DNA of 64,000 nucleotides from Eledone cirrhosa (GCA_964016885.1 OZ024740.1:169322001-169386000), one strand, 5' to 3'; positions 1 to 17,821 are shown, counted from the stretch's first letter. Notes: generated by a model from the sequence alone, not told the origin. Numbers and translations: made by a program.

Positions 1-9
1 CTTTGCCTT

Positions 10-447
10 TGGTACCATGTGACGACAAGTGCAGAGAGATCTCCAGATATAAAGCAATGCCTGTGCCGTGAAGCTTTTATAGTGAGCAAAGGCACTGCAC
101 AAAGCCAGTCCCACTCTCTTAACCAAGATGATATTTACCAAAAAGAAGAACAAGTCAACATCATTGGATACCATCAGGGTTGCAGGTATTATATCAGAGT
201 TTTCCTTCTCCTAGAATTCTGCCTTGACAAAGGCTAAGGGGTCATCTCTCCCGGTGATTTTGGATGGCCATTGACTCTTAATAGCTCCTTTGCCCTTTGA
301 CAGGTTTTGTTTTTAGTCCTGCAGGATGTCCAAAGTCACCCTCCTCACCAAGAAACCTTGGTGGGGTTGCCAGTTTAGTCGCCAACGACCCGACCATGAA
401 ACAGGTTGTACTGGGATACATGTTACCAGTAGCACCAACTGGTGACC
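10..447 (-). mobile_element. Non-autonomous RTE-derived element, 5' portion
   Basis: Near-identical to 34047-34484. The minus strand carries an RTE-type 5'UTR motif (AGGCAGAATTCTAGGAGAAGGAAAACTCTGAT) and starts at GGTCACC next to a microsatellite. Confidence 0.7.
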
Positions 448-683
448 ACACATATATACACATACATATATACATACATACATACACACATATATACACA
501 CATATATACACATATACACATACATACACACATACATACATACATATATATACATATACATACATACATACATACATATACACATACATACACACATATA
601 CATATATACACATACATACATACATATATATACATACACATACATATATACATATATATACATACACATACATACATACATAC

Positions 684-714
<31 letters not shown>

Positions 715-715
715 T
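448..715. repeat. (CATA/CA/TA)n microsatellite
   Basis: Directly visible. Confidence 0.97.
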
Positions 716-863
716 GGTGGCTGCCAACTCGTTTTCGAGTACGGCCACTACTTTATATTCATGTAGGAGAACCCCTACCGATGCGCTGAACGAGTGTGAC
801 TTTTTAGTCCAGCCAGCGACTTGAAAACTCTGGTACAAACACTACACTTGTGACAATTATTGA
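716..863 (-). mobile_element. 3' end of the same RTE-derived element (C2H2 zinc-finger remnant + 3'UTR)
   Basis: Matches 33881-34028. The minus strand translates [22 protein letters not shown], the C2H2 finger typical of RTE C-termini. Confidence 0.7.
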
Positions 864-1115
<252 letters not shown>

Positions 1116-1151
1116 ATATAAGATCAAAAGATGGTTAAAGGAGTTCCATAT

Positions 1152-1220
1152 ATTTTATTATGCGCATTTCAAAAACAAACATCATCAAGCAATAATATTT
1201 GTGTTTTCATCAGATAAAAC
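1152..1220 (-). ncRNA. Type I minimal hammerhead ribozyme (PLE pseudo-LTR)
   Basis: GUUUUAU-CUGAUGA-[15-bp stem II, GCUU loop]-GAAA-UGCGCA (palindromic stem III)-UA-AUAAAAU, with a 7-bp stem I. Confidence 0.85.
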
Positions 1221-2204
1221 AGGAGAACATGATATGAAGGCTAAAAAACACTTGTTGATAGTGCAGTTTTAAATCAACATATGAAAAGTGGTTTTAGATT
1301 GATGTGTGATATTGGGAAAAATATTTTATTTAGAGAGGGGGGGGGGAAAGGATGAAAAGGGAAGGAGATGAGAGGGAGAGATGGGTGATAGAGAGAAAGA
1401 GATAGCTTTTATAACTGAGAGGAGATATATTTTTTACATAGAGGGGTTGAAAACCGTTGGAAGATACTGTATAAATTAAAAATTTTGAAAATTAACGAAG
1501 GGAGGATATGTGCGAGGAAAAAATATTTTATTTAGGGAGGGGGGGGGAAGGATGAAAAAAAGGGGGGAGGAGATGAGAGTGAAGGTGGAGAGGGAGAGAT
1601 GGGTGATAGAGAGAAAGAGATAGTTTTTATAACTGAGAAAAAGATATATTGTTTTAATATAGAGAGGTTGGGAACCGTTGGAAGATAATGTATAAATTAA
1701 AGGAATTTGAAAATTAACGAAGGGAAATTATGTATGAAGATAGAGAGAAAAAAATAATAATTGTGGGTGAATATTCTAACGTCAAAAGAAGAAATGTATG
1801 TATTGTGGCAATTTCAAAATTAGCGAAGAGAAAAGTTGTTATGGTTTGTGTGTAGAAGGATTTGAGAAAAATAATGTGAAGTTAAAGTTTGTATATTGAA
1901 TTGATATGTATTAATAATGAGTTCGTTGATGGGGAGAAAAAAATAATAATAAATTAAGGATGCAATTGAGATTAAAAAGATTTATGATAGAGAGAAAAAA
2001 TAATAATGATTGCGGATGAATATTCAAAATGTCAAAAACAAATGTTATTATTTTACGAGAAGATAGAATGAGGGTAATGAGTAAACGAGTATTATAGAGT
2101 GTATAATGCCCTTTAAAGTAAGGTAAGGTAGATGGGTATATTTTAAAGAGGTGTATGTATATGTGCCTTTGAGAAAAGATTCTGAATTGATAAAGAATTG
2201 AATA

Positions 2205-3439
2205 TTAACCATATACTTTGTGAAAAGTTCTATGGAATTTATGCAGGCAGATAGAAAACAAATCTGAGCGTCTGTTTATTATAGAATCTAGGTTAGAGAT
2301 AATGGTAAATTTTTCATTTAGGCAGAGATTACAGATTTTAGATAGAGAGCTGTTCAAGTATGAGGATGCAGAAGAAATCTTTTTCCAAAAGATGTTATAT
2401 TTAATGTTTTTGTCTTTTAAGGACCATATGAGTTCTGAGAGAGCAGTGTTAGTTCTTTTAAGTTTATATTTGAAAGATGAATGATGATTATAGAGACGAG
2501 CTTTAAAAGAGGTGGAAGTGGAGCCAAAATAGGTGAAGGAATTGGTGATAGTTATAATTTTACATTCATAAATTAAGTTTTTATCGAGGCAATGGTTGTT
2601 GAGAGGACATTTATTTTTGATGCGGCAGTTGCAATTAGAGAGACTATTAATGAGTGATCTAGTGTTATCTATAGAAGGAATTGGATTGGAGAAGTTGTTT
2701 GCGATAGGAATAATAGGAATAATAGTTTCTTGATTTAGAGTTGGATTATGAACATTTAGCGAAGTTGTGTTTGACGTTGTATTTGGGTTTACAGAAGTTA
2801 GCCTAGGGTTTACAATGACGTCGGGAGTACTATTACTGTTATTATGAAATTCGATATTGGAAGGAAGAGATTTAGTATTTAATATTTTGTTGTTGTGTTT
2901 AGAGATGATGTTGGAAATATTGGAGGATGTAGAATACGAAAATTTGATGGTGTGTTTGTTAAATATTTTACTATAGATATGTGAGGGAGGGAAGCATTTA
3001 TTTAAGGCACTAAAAAATAATTTAGGAATATTGTTATTAATAGAGATGGAGAAAGGAGCATTATACCAGATTATGTTTTTGTATCTAGGTCTTTTATTAA
3101 AATTATTGGAATGGTCATGATTAATTATTCTACTGTAAGTTTTCCTAGAATTTGTTTCTTTATTATATTTGATTTTATCTGGATAGCCGGCTTTAGAAAG
3201 TGCGTTATTATAGTAATTGGCGTTAGCATCAAAGATGTTTTTATTAGAAGATATGTTAGATATTCTATTTCCAATATTATTAACTATAGTATTCTTGATA
3301 TTGGTAGGATGGTTAGATTTAAAGTTAACATAATTAAGATTCTCATTGTTTTTATGGTAAGGGTAATATAGGCCAGTGTCAAGATTAAGAGATACATCCA
3401 AGAAATTAGCTAGTTTGATACTATTATCAAATTCAATTT
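2205..3439 (-). pseudogene. PLE ORF C-terminal part: end of RT + GIY-YIG endonuclease
   Basis: Motifs [68 protein letters not shown]. The N-terminal part of the listed ORF is (TA)n read-through. Confidence 0.85.
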
Positions 3440-4191
<752 letters not shown>

Positions 4192-4843
4192 AGAAAGGAT
4201 GAATATAAAATGAAAGTGCTTTTGTTAAAAAAGGAATTTATTAGGTATTGACATATGTTTCTGTAACAGATCGAATACCTATGTATCGCTGCTTGCGTAA
4301 TCATATAATGTTAGCAAGTATTCGATAGCAAATGTATAATCAGTTGTCACTTCTTCAGAGATTTTGGATAAACTGGATAAAATCAGAAAAATTGAAGTAT
4401 TTATATTAGTAAAAGAGGAAGGAACAGAGGGGATAGAATATGACAGATGGTAAAATAATTTACTGCTAAACAAGTATATAATGGGTTTTTAATGAGAATA
4501 CCATGAGTAAATCTAAATAAGAATTTTGGGGGTGCCGATTTTAATCTCTACTTGACCAACTGGACAGTGGACAGGGCTGGTCATTTGGTGCAGTAGTATT
4601 AATCATAAAGTGTCAATTGGGGAAGGGGGAGATTTCGATTGCTACTAAATAACATCAATGCTAGTGGTCAGCTGGTATTTGCACTAGGGAATTGAATCAA
4701 AAAATCAGAAATCTCATTTTATCTTTAGCAGTTTGTATTAAAAGGTAAATAATAGAAGAGTTGATAGAATTAAGACTAATAAAGAATGTTCATATCTAAC
4801 GTAACGATATATTATCACTACATTATTGATAACCTGAAATTTT

Positions 4844-6472
<1,629 letters not shown>

Positions 6473-7134
6473 AGGCTTGGCACTTGTTGGTATAAGACGT
6501 GAATTGTCGTCTCTCCGGATTTGAAATTTTAATATTTTAAATCGACAGTAATCGGATTTATGTATGGTTTTAATTCTTCAGAGGACAAGGAAAACATACA
6601 AAAAAGATAAGTTTTTGTGCTTTGACGCAATTATTTTGAAGTATATTTTACATATATTACCGTTTTGAACATGTTTATTTTCACTGTATGATTCATTCAT
6701 GGGAGACAACACACACACGTGCTTTCTATTTTTGTTTCATACAGAGCATTTTGGTTTAGCTTAAGCAATTTTGTATTAATTTTGATATTTCTGAGTAACA
6801 TAATTTAATTTGATATAATCTTGTTTGATTTTGTATAATCTTATCTGTATTTGACCCGATTTCGTTGTTTCTTGTATGATATGCTGATATTGCAATAACT
6901 CCGTATATTTGTAAACAGACATTTACATCGTGTTTCTATATCTCTGTTTCCGGTTTCTTCCATTCATTAATTTAAATTTAGATTTAAAAATTTATTTTTA
7001 TATTTATGAACTGCAGTTGCTCACGCTCTCACGCTGTCTCTATCTCTCTCCTTCCTCTCTCTCTCTCTCTCTCTCTCCCCCTCTCTCTCTCTCGATCAAC
7101 GAGCTCTCTTTCTCCCTCTCTCTAGATCAACGAG

Positions 7135-7168
<34 letters not shown>

Positions 7169-7372
7169 TCTCTCTCTCCCTCTGACCCCCCCCACTCTTC
7201 CCGCTATCTCTCTCGCTCCCCTCTTCTGTCTCCCCCTTTTCTTTTCTTTTCTTCTGTTTCTCTTTCTTTTTCTCTCGCTGGAGTTATATCTCTATCTCCC
7301 TCCCTCACTCTGTCCCTCTCTAACCTCTACTCTACACCTCCCACTGTCCCTCTTTCTCCCCTCCACAGCGAA

Positions 7373-8335
7373 ATGGACTGCATGCAGGAAAAATGGGAAA
7401 AATGTGAAATCAGGAGTCAGCGAAACTGGTCGAAGATTGAACTAGCGGTTTTGATCAAGGGGTGGACTATGGCTGATGGGTCTCCACCAAGCAAAAAGAT
7501 GGCGGAGAACCTGAAGAGCCATGGGTTTATGAGGACCCTGGTACAGATAGAGAGAAAGAGAAAAGAAATTGAGAAGGCGTATGTCCTCATAGCGCCTCAT
7601 ATGGCGATGCTAAGCCGTGTCCTCAGGGAGGAGAAAACCGAAGGGAGGGATGAGGAGAAGGAGAGGGAAAAGGAAGAGGAAAAGGAAAGGGAAAAAGAAA
7701 AGGAGGAGAGCACAAGCACGGACCTGAAAGAAAATGATATACCCTCCGCTACAGGCAGGGAGGGCAGGCCGGGCAACCAACAAGCTAAGGGCAAAGGTGA
7801 AAAGCGAAATCACCTTCCGAAGGAGAACCAAGCGCAGAGGGACCAGTGGACAACTGTTCAAAGAAAGAACAGAAAGCACCGAGACACTGGGAGCAAAAAA
7901 CCCCAAGTAATGTGCAAGTTTTTCAAGAACGGGACATGCTGGCATGGAGAGACAGGGATGGGATGCAGATTCGCCCACCCTAGGTCTCAAACGAACTATG
8001 CCCATCATACTCGCGCAACATGCCCCAGCCAAAGCCGAAATAAGCCGCTCCAGAAGTATGCTGATGTCGCGCGTGCTGCACCAACAAGGAGAAGGCACGC
8101 ACATGCCGACGAGATACAGATGGCAGCAGCAGATCAGAAAAATTTTTTAGTGATGGCAGAGAAGATTGTGGGACAGCTGACCTGGCTGCATCGTCTCCAG
8201 AGCCAGGGTCATCCACACCAGCACTCGAGACCACCGCAGTTAAGGGACCCAGAGTGGCCGCCGCTGACACCAGACCAGGTGTCATACCGACAGCCATTAC
8301 TGGCACCCCAAAAGTCACACCAGTGCTGCTGCTGA
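7373..8335 (+). CDS. LINE ORF1: Myb/SANT-like (trihelix) N-terminus, E/K-rich segment, CCCH zinc finger
   Basis: WSKIELAVLIKGW...MAENLKSHGFMRTLVQIERKRKEIEKAY resembles the trihelix pattern. CKFFKNGTCWHGETGMGCRFAHP is a CCCH finger. 320 aa, directly upstream of ORF2. Confidence 0.75.
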   Translation: MDCMQEKWEKCEIRSQRNWSKIELAVLIKGWTMADGSPPSKKMAENLKSHGFMRTLVQIERKRKEIEKAYVLIAPHMAMLSRVLREEKTEGRDEEKEREKEEEKEREKEKEESTSTDLKENDIPSATGREGRPGNQQAKGKGEKRNHLPKENQAQRDQWTTVQRKNRKHRDTGSKKPQVMCKFFKNGTCWHGETGMGCRFAHPRSQTNYAHHTRATCPSQSRNKPLQKYADVARAAPTRRRHAHADEIQMAAADQKNFLVMAEKIVGQLTWLHRLQSQGHPHQHSRPPQLRDPEWPPLTPDQVSYRQPLLAPQKSHQCCC

Positions 8336-11295
8336 ATGTCAGGGGCCTGGTGAAACTCAGCAACATGAGTAAAATTTCCTACCTGGGAGACTTAGCCATA
8401 AGCAATCAAGCACTATGCATGGCACTAACCGAAACGCACCTGACAAGCAGTATAGCAGATGCAGAAATACATATACCGAAATATACTGTATTTCGTTCGG
8501 ACAGGAAGGAGAGAACTCATGGTGGGGTTGCTCTGTATATCCGTGAAGATGTCACACCAATTGTACTGTTGACACATTCAAACTCAGTCTGTGACACACT
8601 GATAATACATATGAAGCAACTACAGACGGTAATATGTGTCACATATCGGCCGCCCGATGCCCCCAGTCATGAGGGTAAATTTGAGGATAGCCTAAGTAGG
8701 ATAGAAGAGGTCCTTGACAAACTGGACCAGGGTCTCAACATCCTACTGCTGGGAGACTTCAACCTACCAAAGGTCAAATGGCCTGAGGGCCACCTCCTCC
8801 CTGGAATGACGTCAATAGAACAGAGACAGACGGAATCCCTGCTGGCCCTCACACACAGGCTGTTCATGGAGCAAGCAATACTCCTCCCAACAAGAGGCGA
8901 AAATGTCCTGGACCTCTGTTTTACAAACAACGAAGTGCTCATCCACAATGTAAAGGTGACACCAACAATTCTCTCGGATCATAACTTGGTAGAGCTAATG
9001 ATATGTGGTCCAAGAGAACCAACAGAGACAAAACCACCAAGAAGCTCCGGGACGCTATCCAGCCTTAACTTCTACGGGGCTGACTGGAAGAAGATTAAGA
9101 GTGAAATCCGGAAGCAAACATGGAGTGCAAACATCGCCACACAAGACACTAACACACAATTTCAACACTTCATGACAACGATACACACCATATGCAAAAA
9201 GTGTGTCCCGGAGAAAGAGGCAAACAGACACAAAAATCTTATTCCCAGAGATAGGAAAATCCTTATGAGACGTAGAACTAAACTCTCAAACCAGTTGAAT
9301 AGTCAACAAAACCAAAACAAGAAGGAATCCTATTTGAAACGTGCACTACTTGACACCGAGATTGCACTCAAGCTTTCACATGAGAATGAGAGGGCAAGGA
9401 AAGAGAACAGGGCCATAGAAAACATTAAAACAAACCCTAAGGCCTTCTTTAAATTTGCAAAAGAAACTGCCTCAGTACACTGCAAGATTGGACCACTCTT
9501 CCACACGGACGGTTCATTAACCGAAAATCCCCAAGAGATATGTGAAATACTGAACGAACAGTACAAAAGTGTCTTCACATGTCCACTGAGGCACATGCAA
9601 ATAACGAAGCCAGAGGAGTTCTTTGATGCCACAACACTACATCAAGAAATGGCAACCATCAACCACATAGACATAACGGAGGAGGATGTGGTGTACGCCA
9701 TTGATGAAATTAGAACAGACTCGGCTGCTGGACCTGATGGATTCCCAGCAGTTCTCCTAAAAATATGTAAGCGGGCCTTAGCAACTCCACTGAAGATGCT
9801 CTTCAGAAGCTCCTTGGCTAGCGGTGTACTACCCAGGGAGCTGAAAGAAGGCACAATATGCCCTATCCATAAAGGAGGTAGTAGAGCGGAGGCCAAGAAC
9901 TATAGGCCAGTCTCCCTGACGTCGCATATCAGTAAGGTCATGGAGCGAGTCGTCAGAAAGAAACTAATCACTTTCCTCGAAGAAAATGACCGCCTGACTA
10001 GCACGCAACATGGCTTCCGCCCAGGAAGAAGCTGCCTTACACAGCTGCTACATCACTACGACTGGGTACTGAGACAGCTACTAGACAGCTCACATGTAGA
10101 CGTGATATATCTTGACTTTGCGAAGGCCTTTGACAAGGTCGACCACGGAATGATATGTCACAAACTACACGGACTCGGCATAACTGGAAAAGTAGGTGAG
10201 TGGCTGCATGGCTTCCTGAGGGACAGAAGCCAGGCAGTCGCAGCAAATGGGGCCCTCTCGAGGGAAACACCGATAACAAGTGGGGTGCCTCAGGGGACAG
10301 TCCTGGGACCACTACTGTTTTTGGTGGCTCTCTCGGACATGCCCTCTGTGGTGCATGCAACAACATCCCTCACTAGCTATGCTGATGACACTAAGGTAGC
10401 ACAGGCAATCAAAAACCCGGCTGACGCTGCCCTCTTACAGCAGGATCTGGATGCCATATACAGATGGGCGGAAGAAAACAACATGCAGTTTAATGCTGGC
10501 AAATTCCAAGCCCTACAATACAAACCTGCAAACACAAACACAAATATAGCGGAACACAGCTACACAGGACCAGGAGGGACCGATATCCCCGTGTCAAAAT
10601 CGATACGAGACCTGGGCATAGACATGAGCGATGATGCATCTTTTTCTTCACACATCATGAAGGTGGCGACAGCATGTAGACGATTCGCTGGCTGGATATT
10701 GAGGACTTTCCTTACAAGAGATCGAGACACCATGTTGACACTGTGGAGGACTTTTGTCCTAAGCCGCCTGGACTACTGCTCCCAGCTGTGGTCACCCCAT
10801 AGTGTCAAACTAACCACAGAGCTTGAGGCAATCCAGCGAAGCTACACCAAGAGGATTGCCAAGATGAGGGAGACAAGCTACTGGGAGAGGCTGAAGGAAC
10901 TGAACCTCTACTCCTTGGAGCGAAGACGGGAGAGATACGCAGTGATCTACATGTGGAAAATCCTGGAGGGACTAGCACCAAACTTTGGCATTGGGAGCTG
11001 GACCAACCGTCGAACAGGACGTCACTGTGTGGTGCCAAAGGTCCCGTCTTCCACATCTAGAATAAGGAGCAGGTATTGCAATAGCCTGGGATTCAAGGGC
11101 CCTCAACTCTTCAACAGGCTGCCGAGGCATCTGCGAGACTTGCATGACGTGGAGGTGGATGTCTTTAAGAAACATCTCGACACCTTGTTATCCAGGATCC
11201 CGGATGAGCCCACAGCAAGACACGAGGGAAACCTAAGGGCAGCAGCAACAAACTCCCTCCTACACCAGTGGCCAACCTATACAGGCTGGAGATAA
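8254..11295 (+). CDS. LINE ORF2: apurinic-like endonuclease + reverse transcriptase (start codon uncertain)
   Basis: APE motifs LNVRGL, LTETHL, GGVALY, YRPP, GDFN, LDL, SDH. RT motifs [38 protein letters not shown]. No stops over 1013 codons. Confidence 0.95.
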   Translation: MAAADTRPGVIPTAITGTPKVTPVLLLNVRGLVKLSNMSKISYLGDLAISNQALCMALTETHLTSSIADAEIHIPKYTVFRSDRKERTHGGVALYIREDVTPIVLLTHSNSVCDTLIIHMKQLQTVICVTYRPPDAPSHEGKFEDSLSRIEEVLDKLDQGLNILLLGDFNLPKVKWPEGHLLPGMTSIEQRQTESLLALTHRLFMEQAILLPTRGENVLDLCFTNNEVLIHNVKVTPTILSDHNLVELMICGPREPTETKPPRSSGTLSSLNFYGADWKKIKSEIRKQTWSANIATQDTNTQFQHFMTTIHTICKKCVPEKEANRHKNLIPRDRKILMRRRTKLSNQLNSQQNQNKKESYLKRALLDTEIALKLSHENERARKENRAIENIKTNPKAFFKFAKETASVHCKIGPLFHTDGSLTENPQEICEILNEQYKSVFTCPLRHMQITKPEEFFDATTLHQEMATINHIDITEEDVVYAIDEIRTDSAAGPDGFPAVLLKICKRALATPLKMLFRSSLASGVLPRELKEGTICPIHKGGSRAEAKNYRPVSLTSHISKVMERVVRKKLITFLEENDRLTSTQHGFRPGRSCLTQLLHHYDWVLRQLLDSSHVDVIYLDFAKAFDKVDHGMICHKLHGLGITGKVGEWLHGFLRDRSQAVAANGALSRETPITSGVPQGTVLGPLLFLVALSDMPSVVHATTSLTSYADDTKVAQAIKNPADAALLQQDLDAIYRWAEENNMQFNAGKFQALQYKPANTNTNIAEHSYTGPGGTDIPVSKSIRDLGIDMSDDASFSSHIMKVATACRRFAGWILRTFLTRDRDTMLTLWRTFVLSRLDYCSQLWSPHSVKLTTELEAIQRSYTKRIAKMRETSYWERLKELNLYSLERRRERYAVIYMWKILEGLAPNFGIGSWTNRRTGRHCVVPKVPSSTSRIRSRYCNSLGFKGPQLFNRLPRHLRDLHDVEVDVFKKHLDTLLSRIPDEPTARHEGNLRAAATNSLLHQWPTYTGWR

Positions 11296-11378
11296 AATGT
11301 GTAGCAACAAGGGCGGTGCCCCAGCATGGCCTCAGCCGGATGGCTGAAACAGGTAAAAGAGTAAAAGAGTAAAGAGTA

Positions 11379-13446
<2,068 letters not shown>

Positions 13447-13602
13447 AACGAAGGAAATGTGGTAAGGAACCAGGTGGACCATAACGCACCAAAGTACTCA
13501 ATACTTGAGGTAGTAGAGTGGGTAATAGGAACCAGTAAGACCCCGACAGCTGAGCTGTCGAAACGGCTTGAGCTCAGCTGTCGGGGTCTTACTGGTTCCT
13601 AT
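13447..13602 (-). mobile_element. PLE pseudo-LTR fragment with fold-back inversion
   Basis: Same family as 19670-19812, 23860-24085, 25251-25400 and 54031-54228. Contains only the 3' half of the hammerhead (GAAA-CGGCUUGAGCUCAGCUG-UC-GGGGU). Confidence 0.7.
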
Positions 13603-13790
13603 ATATATATATGTGTGTGTCTGTGGGTTAACAAGTTATCGTTATAGGTAATCAAGTTAGAGGTTATGAGTACTCTGCGTCGTGGATAGTTTTAACGTAC
13701 GGCTCTGTTTGATTCAACAAGATATTTCCAAAGTTATGCAGCCAGGTCGCGGTAATTTCTCAGCAGGTTATACTCGGAGTTATAATAGTT

Positions 13791-14029
13791 AAAGAATGAA
13801 GAGTAACATGGTTGGCTGTACAATAAGGGCTTTATTTAAAGTACTGACAATTGTTTCGTTGATCAGGTGTGTCTAGAGTTAGCTAATCGCTTGAGTTGAA
13901 TAATGTATTAGAGGTCGAATGACGCAACCTCAAGCGATTAGCGAACTCTAGACTCACCTGATCAATGAACAATTGTCAGTACTTTAAATAAAGCGCTTAT
14001 TGTACAGCTAACCATGTTACTCTTCTTTC

Positions 14030-14031
<2 letters not shown>
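13791..14031. repeat. ~105-bp imperfect inverted repeat, probably a PLE pseudo-LTR fold-back
   Basis: 13791-13898 is the reverse complement of 13925-14031. Confidence 0.8.
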
Positions 14032-14745
<714 letters not shown>

Positions 14746-14973
14746 GTGTATAAGTAAATGGCTCACTGAATACGCACATGTATTTGCCTTCTCATTTTTC
14801 CGCTACTTCCTCTTCTCACTCTTTTTCTATTTATTTCATCTTTTACTTCTCATACTATCTTCTGATGAAGGACTAGTATCCGAAAGGTTATGTCTCCTTG
14901 TCTATTATTTCAAGCTTTAAACTTATATATTTCTTCATTGTGCTGTGGTGTTTGCTTTATTTCTATTTACTTT

Positions 14974-15350
<377 letters not shown>

Positions 15351-15745
15351 ATGGTACAAAATATTCCGAAGATACTAATGATAATGTTGGAAAAAATATT
15401 AATATAATTCGTAAAATAATTCATGTCCGCACACTTATTTTAGCCACTATCTTATTTTCTTCCTGTGTATAATGACATGTAGAGAAGAGTGTTTACAGAA
15501 TCGTGTCCGTCACTGTTTGTTAAGCGAGAATTTAGAACATTTTCAAGAATTGCAATGAGTTGATTTTAAGCCATTTTGTATATTACATGAATTACATTAC
15601 TCAACTGTCCAATGTTATATTTGTATTAATATAAGTTTTATTTGGTATCCCTAAAATAAGATCTAAGTTTTATTCATTAACAAAATCGCTTTGAATATAT
15701 ATTATAATCATGACCATATCTTACCATATCTTTCTGAAATTTCAG

Positions 15746-15971
15746 CGTGTCAATATTTACGTAGAATTGGTCACTGTTATAGGACTAGACGACATGGCTG
15801 GACTTATAATAAGTATTATAATCAGTGCATTAAAATCTGGTGGTTTTGTCCTGATAACCCAAACAACTTCCCCTCTAAATGGGCCTGTGAAAGGACTTGT
15901 CTCCGTCGTCCTCCATATGAAATTTGTACTTTGCCAAGAGAACCGGGTGTACGCTGTAGATACTGTAGAAG
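15746..15971 (+). CDS. Coding exon of a tandem Kunitz/BPTI-domain protein (domain 1 + start of domain 2)
   Basis: Acceptor tttcag|C (phase 1) and donor AG|gtaatt (phase 2). Translates CQYLRRIGHCYRTRRHGWTYNKYYNQCIKIWWFCPDNPNNFPSKWACERTC...ICTLPREPGVRC, with the six-Cys Kunitz pattern and NNF motif. Confidence 0.85.
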
Positions 15972-16176
15972 GTAATTATATATAATTTTAATTTTATTTA
16001 TTTCGAAGGTGGTTATTACATAAATTAAATAGGTCAATTTAATTAAATCATATTTGAAAGTAATTAATTTCATTTGATGCCATTTTATGTTTTGTCAAAC
16101 CATAATTTTAAGAATATTTTGAAATTAATCTTTTTTTATTATTTTCACGAATGCTTCCTGTCTTTATTTTTACTAG

Positions 16177-16336
16177 ATACCGATGTGGTGGAAGAAGATA
16201 CTACTACGACAATTATCGTCACTCCTGTGTAAGGTTTTACTATCGCGGTTGTCGAGGCAACAAAAACAATTTCAGAAGACGTATCGAATGTGAACGTACA
16301 TGCGGTTTTAGTATAAATCGTCAGAATAAAGGGTAG
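16177..16336 (+). CDS. Last coding exon of the Kunitz protein (rest of domain 2)
   Basis: Acceptor ttttactag|A is in phase with the upstream donor. Translates YYYDNYRHSCVRFYYRGCRGNKNNFRRRIECERTCG (FxYxGCxGNxNNF signature). Stop TAG at 16334-16336. Confidence 0.9.
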
Positions 16337-16577
16337 TTGTTCAGCCCCTTATATCCGAAATATCATACAAAAGAACACATACAATATTCGAATGGAATTG
16401 ATAACATTTTATGAATGGCTATGATAGCTTTCTATCATAAGAAGGCTGCCTTAACTATTTCTCCAACAACACAATATGACTGAAACTTCTAAATCAGTGG
16501 ATTTATTTTTTAAGTCTCTGAAAACATTAATTAAGTCCAGCTTCGATATATTTGATGTCAACCAAAGTTATATATAT

Positions 16578-16608
<31 letters not shown>

Positions 16609-16620
16609 GATATATATATA

Positions 16621-16817
16621 GTAATAATAATAAATTTGAAGACTAAAATCCAAAGAGGGCTCGTTAAGGATAAGTATATATCAAATATATATGAACCGTA
16701 GAGCAAATATTTATTAAAATAACAGCTTAAAGTTTAAGCAAAGAATCGCTGCTTTCACCCTTAACGGGATCTTCTGAAAGCAGCGATTCTTTGCTTAAAC
16801 TTTAATCTGTTATTTTA

Positions 16818-16823
<6 letters not shown>
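16621..16823 (-). mobile_element. PLE pseudo-LTR fragment with fold-back (CAGAAGA-hammerhead family)
   Basis: Homologous to 19843-20003, 21245-21403 and 49333-49493. Inverted about 16757-16774. Confidence 0.8.
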
Positions 16824-16891
<68 letters not shown>

Positions 16892-16950
16892 GTAATCTGA
16901 GCTTTTCGAATATTAATAATAATATTCGATTCGTTTGCAATTATGCAAAC

Positions 16951-17097
16951 AAGTCTCATTTTTAAAGCCATGTCAGTAGAATAAGCCTCTCATTCTTGCT
17001 CTTATGTTGGCATTTAAACTGTTTACATGCCAACACAAGAGCAAGAATGGGGGGCTCATTCTACTGACATGGCTTTAAAAATGAGGCTTGTTTGCAT
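16951..17097. repeat. ~70-bp inverted repeat, 13-bp spacer
   Basis: ...gctcttatgttggcat / atgccaacacaagagc... are reverse complements with a few mismatches. Confidence 0.75.
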
Positions 17098-17138
17098 ATT
17101 AATATTCGAATTTATTGTATTCAGCCATGTAGAGCGAA

Positions 17139-17396
<258 letters not shown>

Positions 17397-17792
17397 ATAT
17401 ATATATTTAGATATACATTATACATATATATATACTCTCTAGTTTGTCGACGAAATGCGTAGAGAGTACTCAATACGTGTTGTAGAGTGTATTATGTATT
17501 TATAATACATTTATTCATCTCGTAATTAGAACTTTACATCACTGATTTTCAGGTGAATTCTCGCTTGATTATCGGAAACTCACCCATACATATACATATA
17601 TACACATAAATGCGAACGCACTTACGAAACATTTAATATAGATGTAATTGCTCTTTTTTAAATTAGAAACATTGCTGTTAAAATAAACAAGTTGAATTCT
17701 TAGAAAGTTGACTGTCATGTTATTATATTGTGTTCGAGAGATGTGTTGTGTTATGTTGCTATGTCATTTATTCATTACATTTCTATTTTCTA

Positions 17793-17821
17793 CTAGACCG
17801 TTCGTGACCCGTTGGGTCACG
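17793..17821 (-). mobile_element. Isolated Helitron 3' terminus
   Basis: Minus strand reads CGTGACCC-AAC-GGGTCACG hairpin, a short spacer, then CTAG-T. Confidence 0.6.

Larger units (their letters stand above)
7010..11378 (+). mobile_element. Apparently full-length CR1-group LINE (5' boundary approximate)
   Basis: CT-rich leader, ORF1, uninterrupted APE-RT ORF2, short 3'UTR with hairpin and (GTAAAAGA)n tail. Confidence 0.9.

Noticed and set aside
775-863. C2H2 zinc-finger exon of a host gene
   Set aside because: It lies within a repeat present twice in the window and matches the C-terminal finger of RTE elements; no splice context.
13841-13980. Ultra-minimal hammerhead-like CUGAUCA-AC-GAAA-CAAUUG-UC in both arms of the inverted repeat
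   Set aside because: G8 is C (breaking the 3-8 pair), there is no stem II, and stem I does not pair next to the core. At best a relic.
14855-14900. CUGAUGA-AGGACUAGUAUCC-GAAA hammerhead-like core
   Set aside because: No stem I or stem III pairing could be built; probably a decayed copy.
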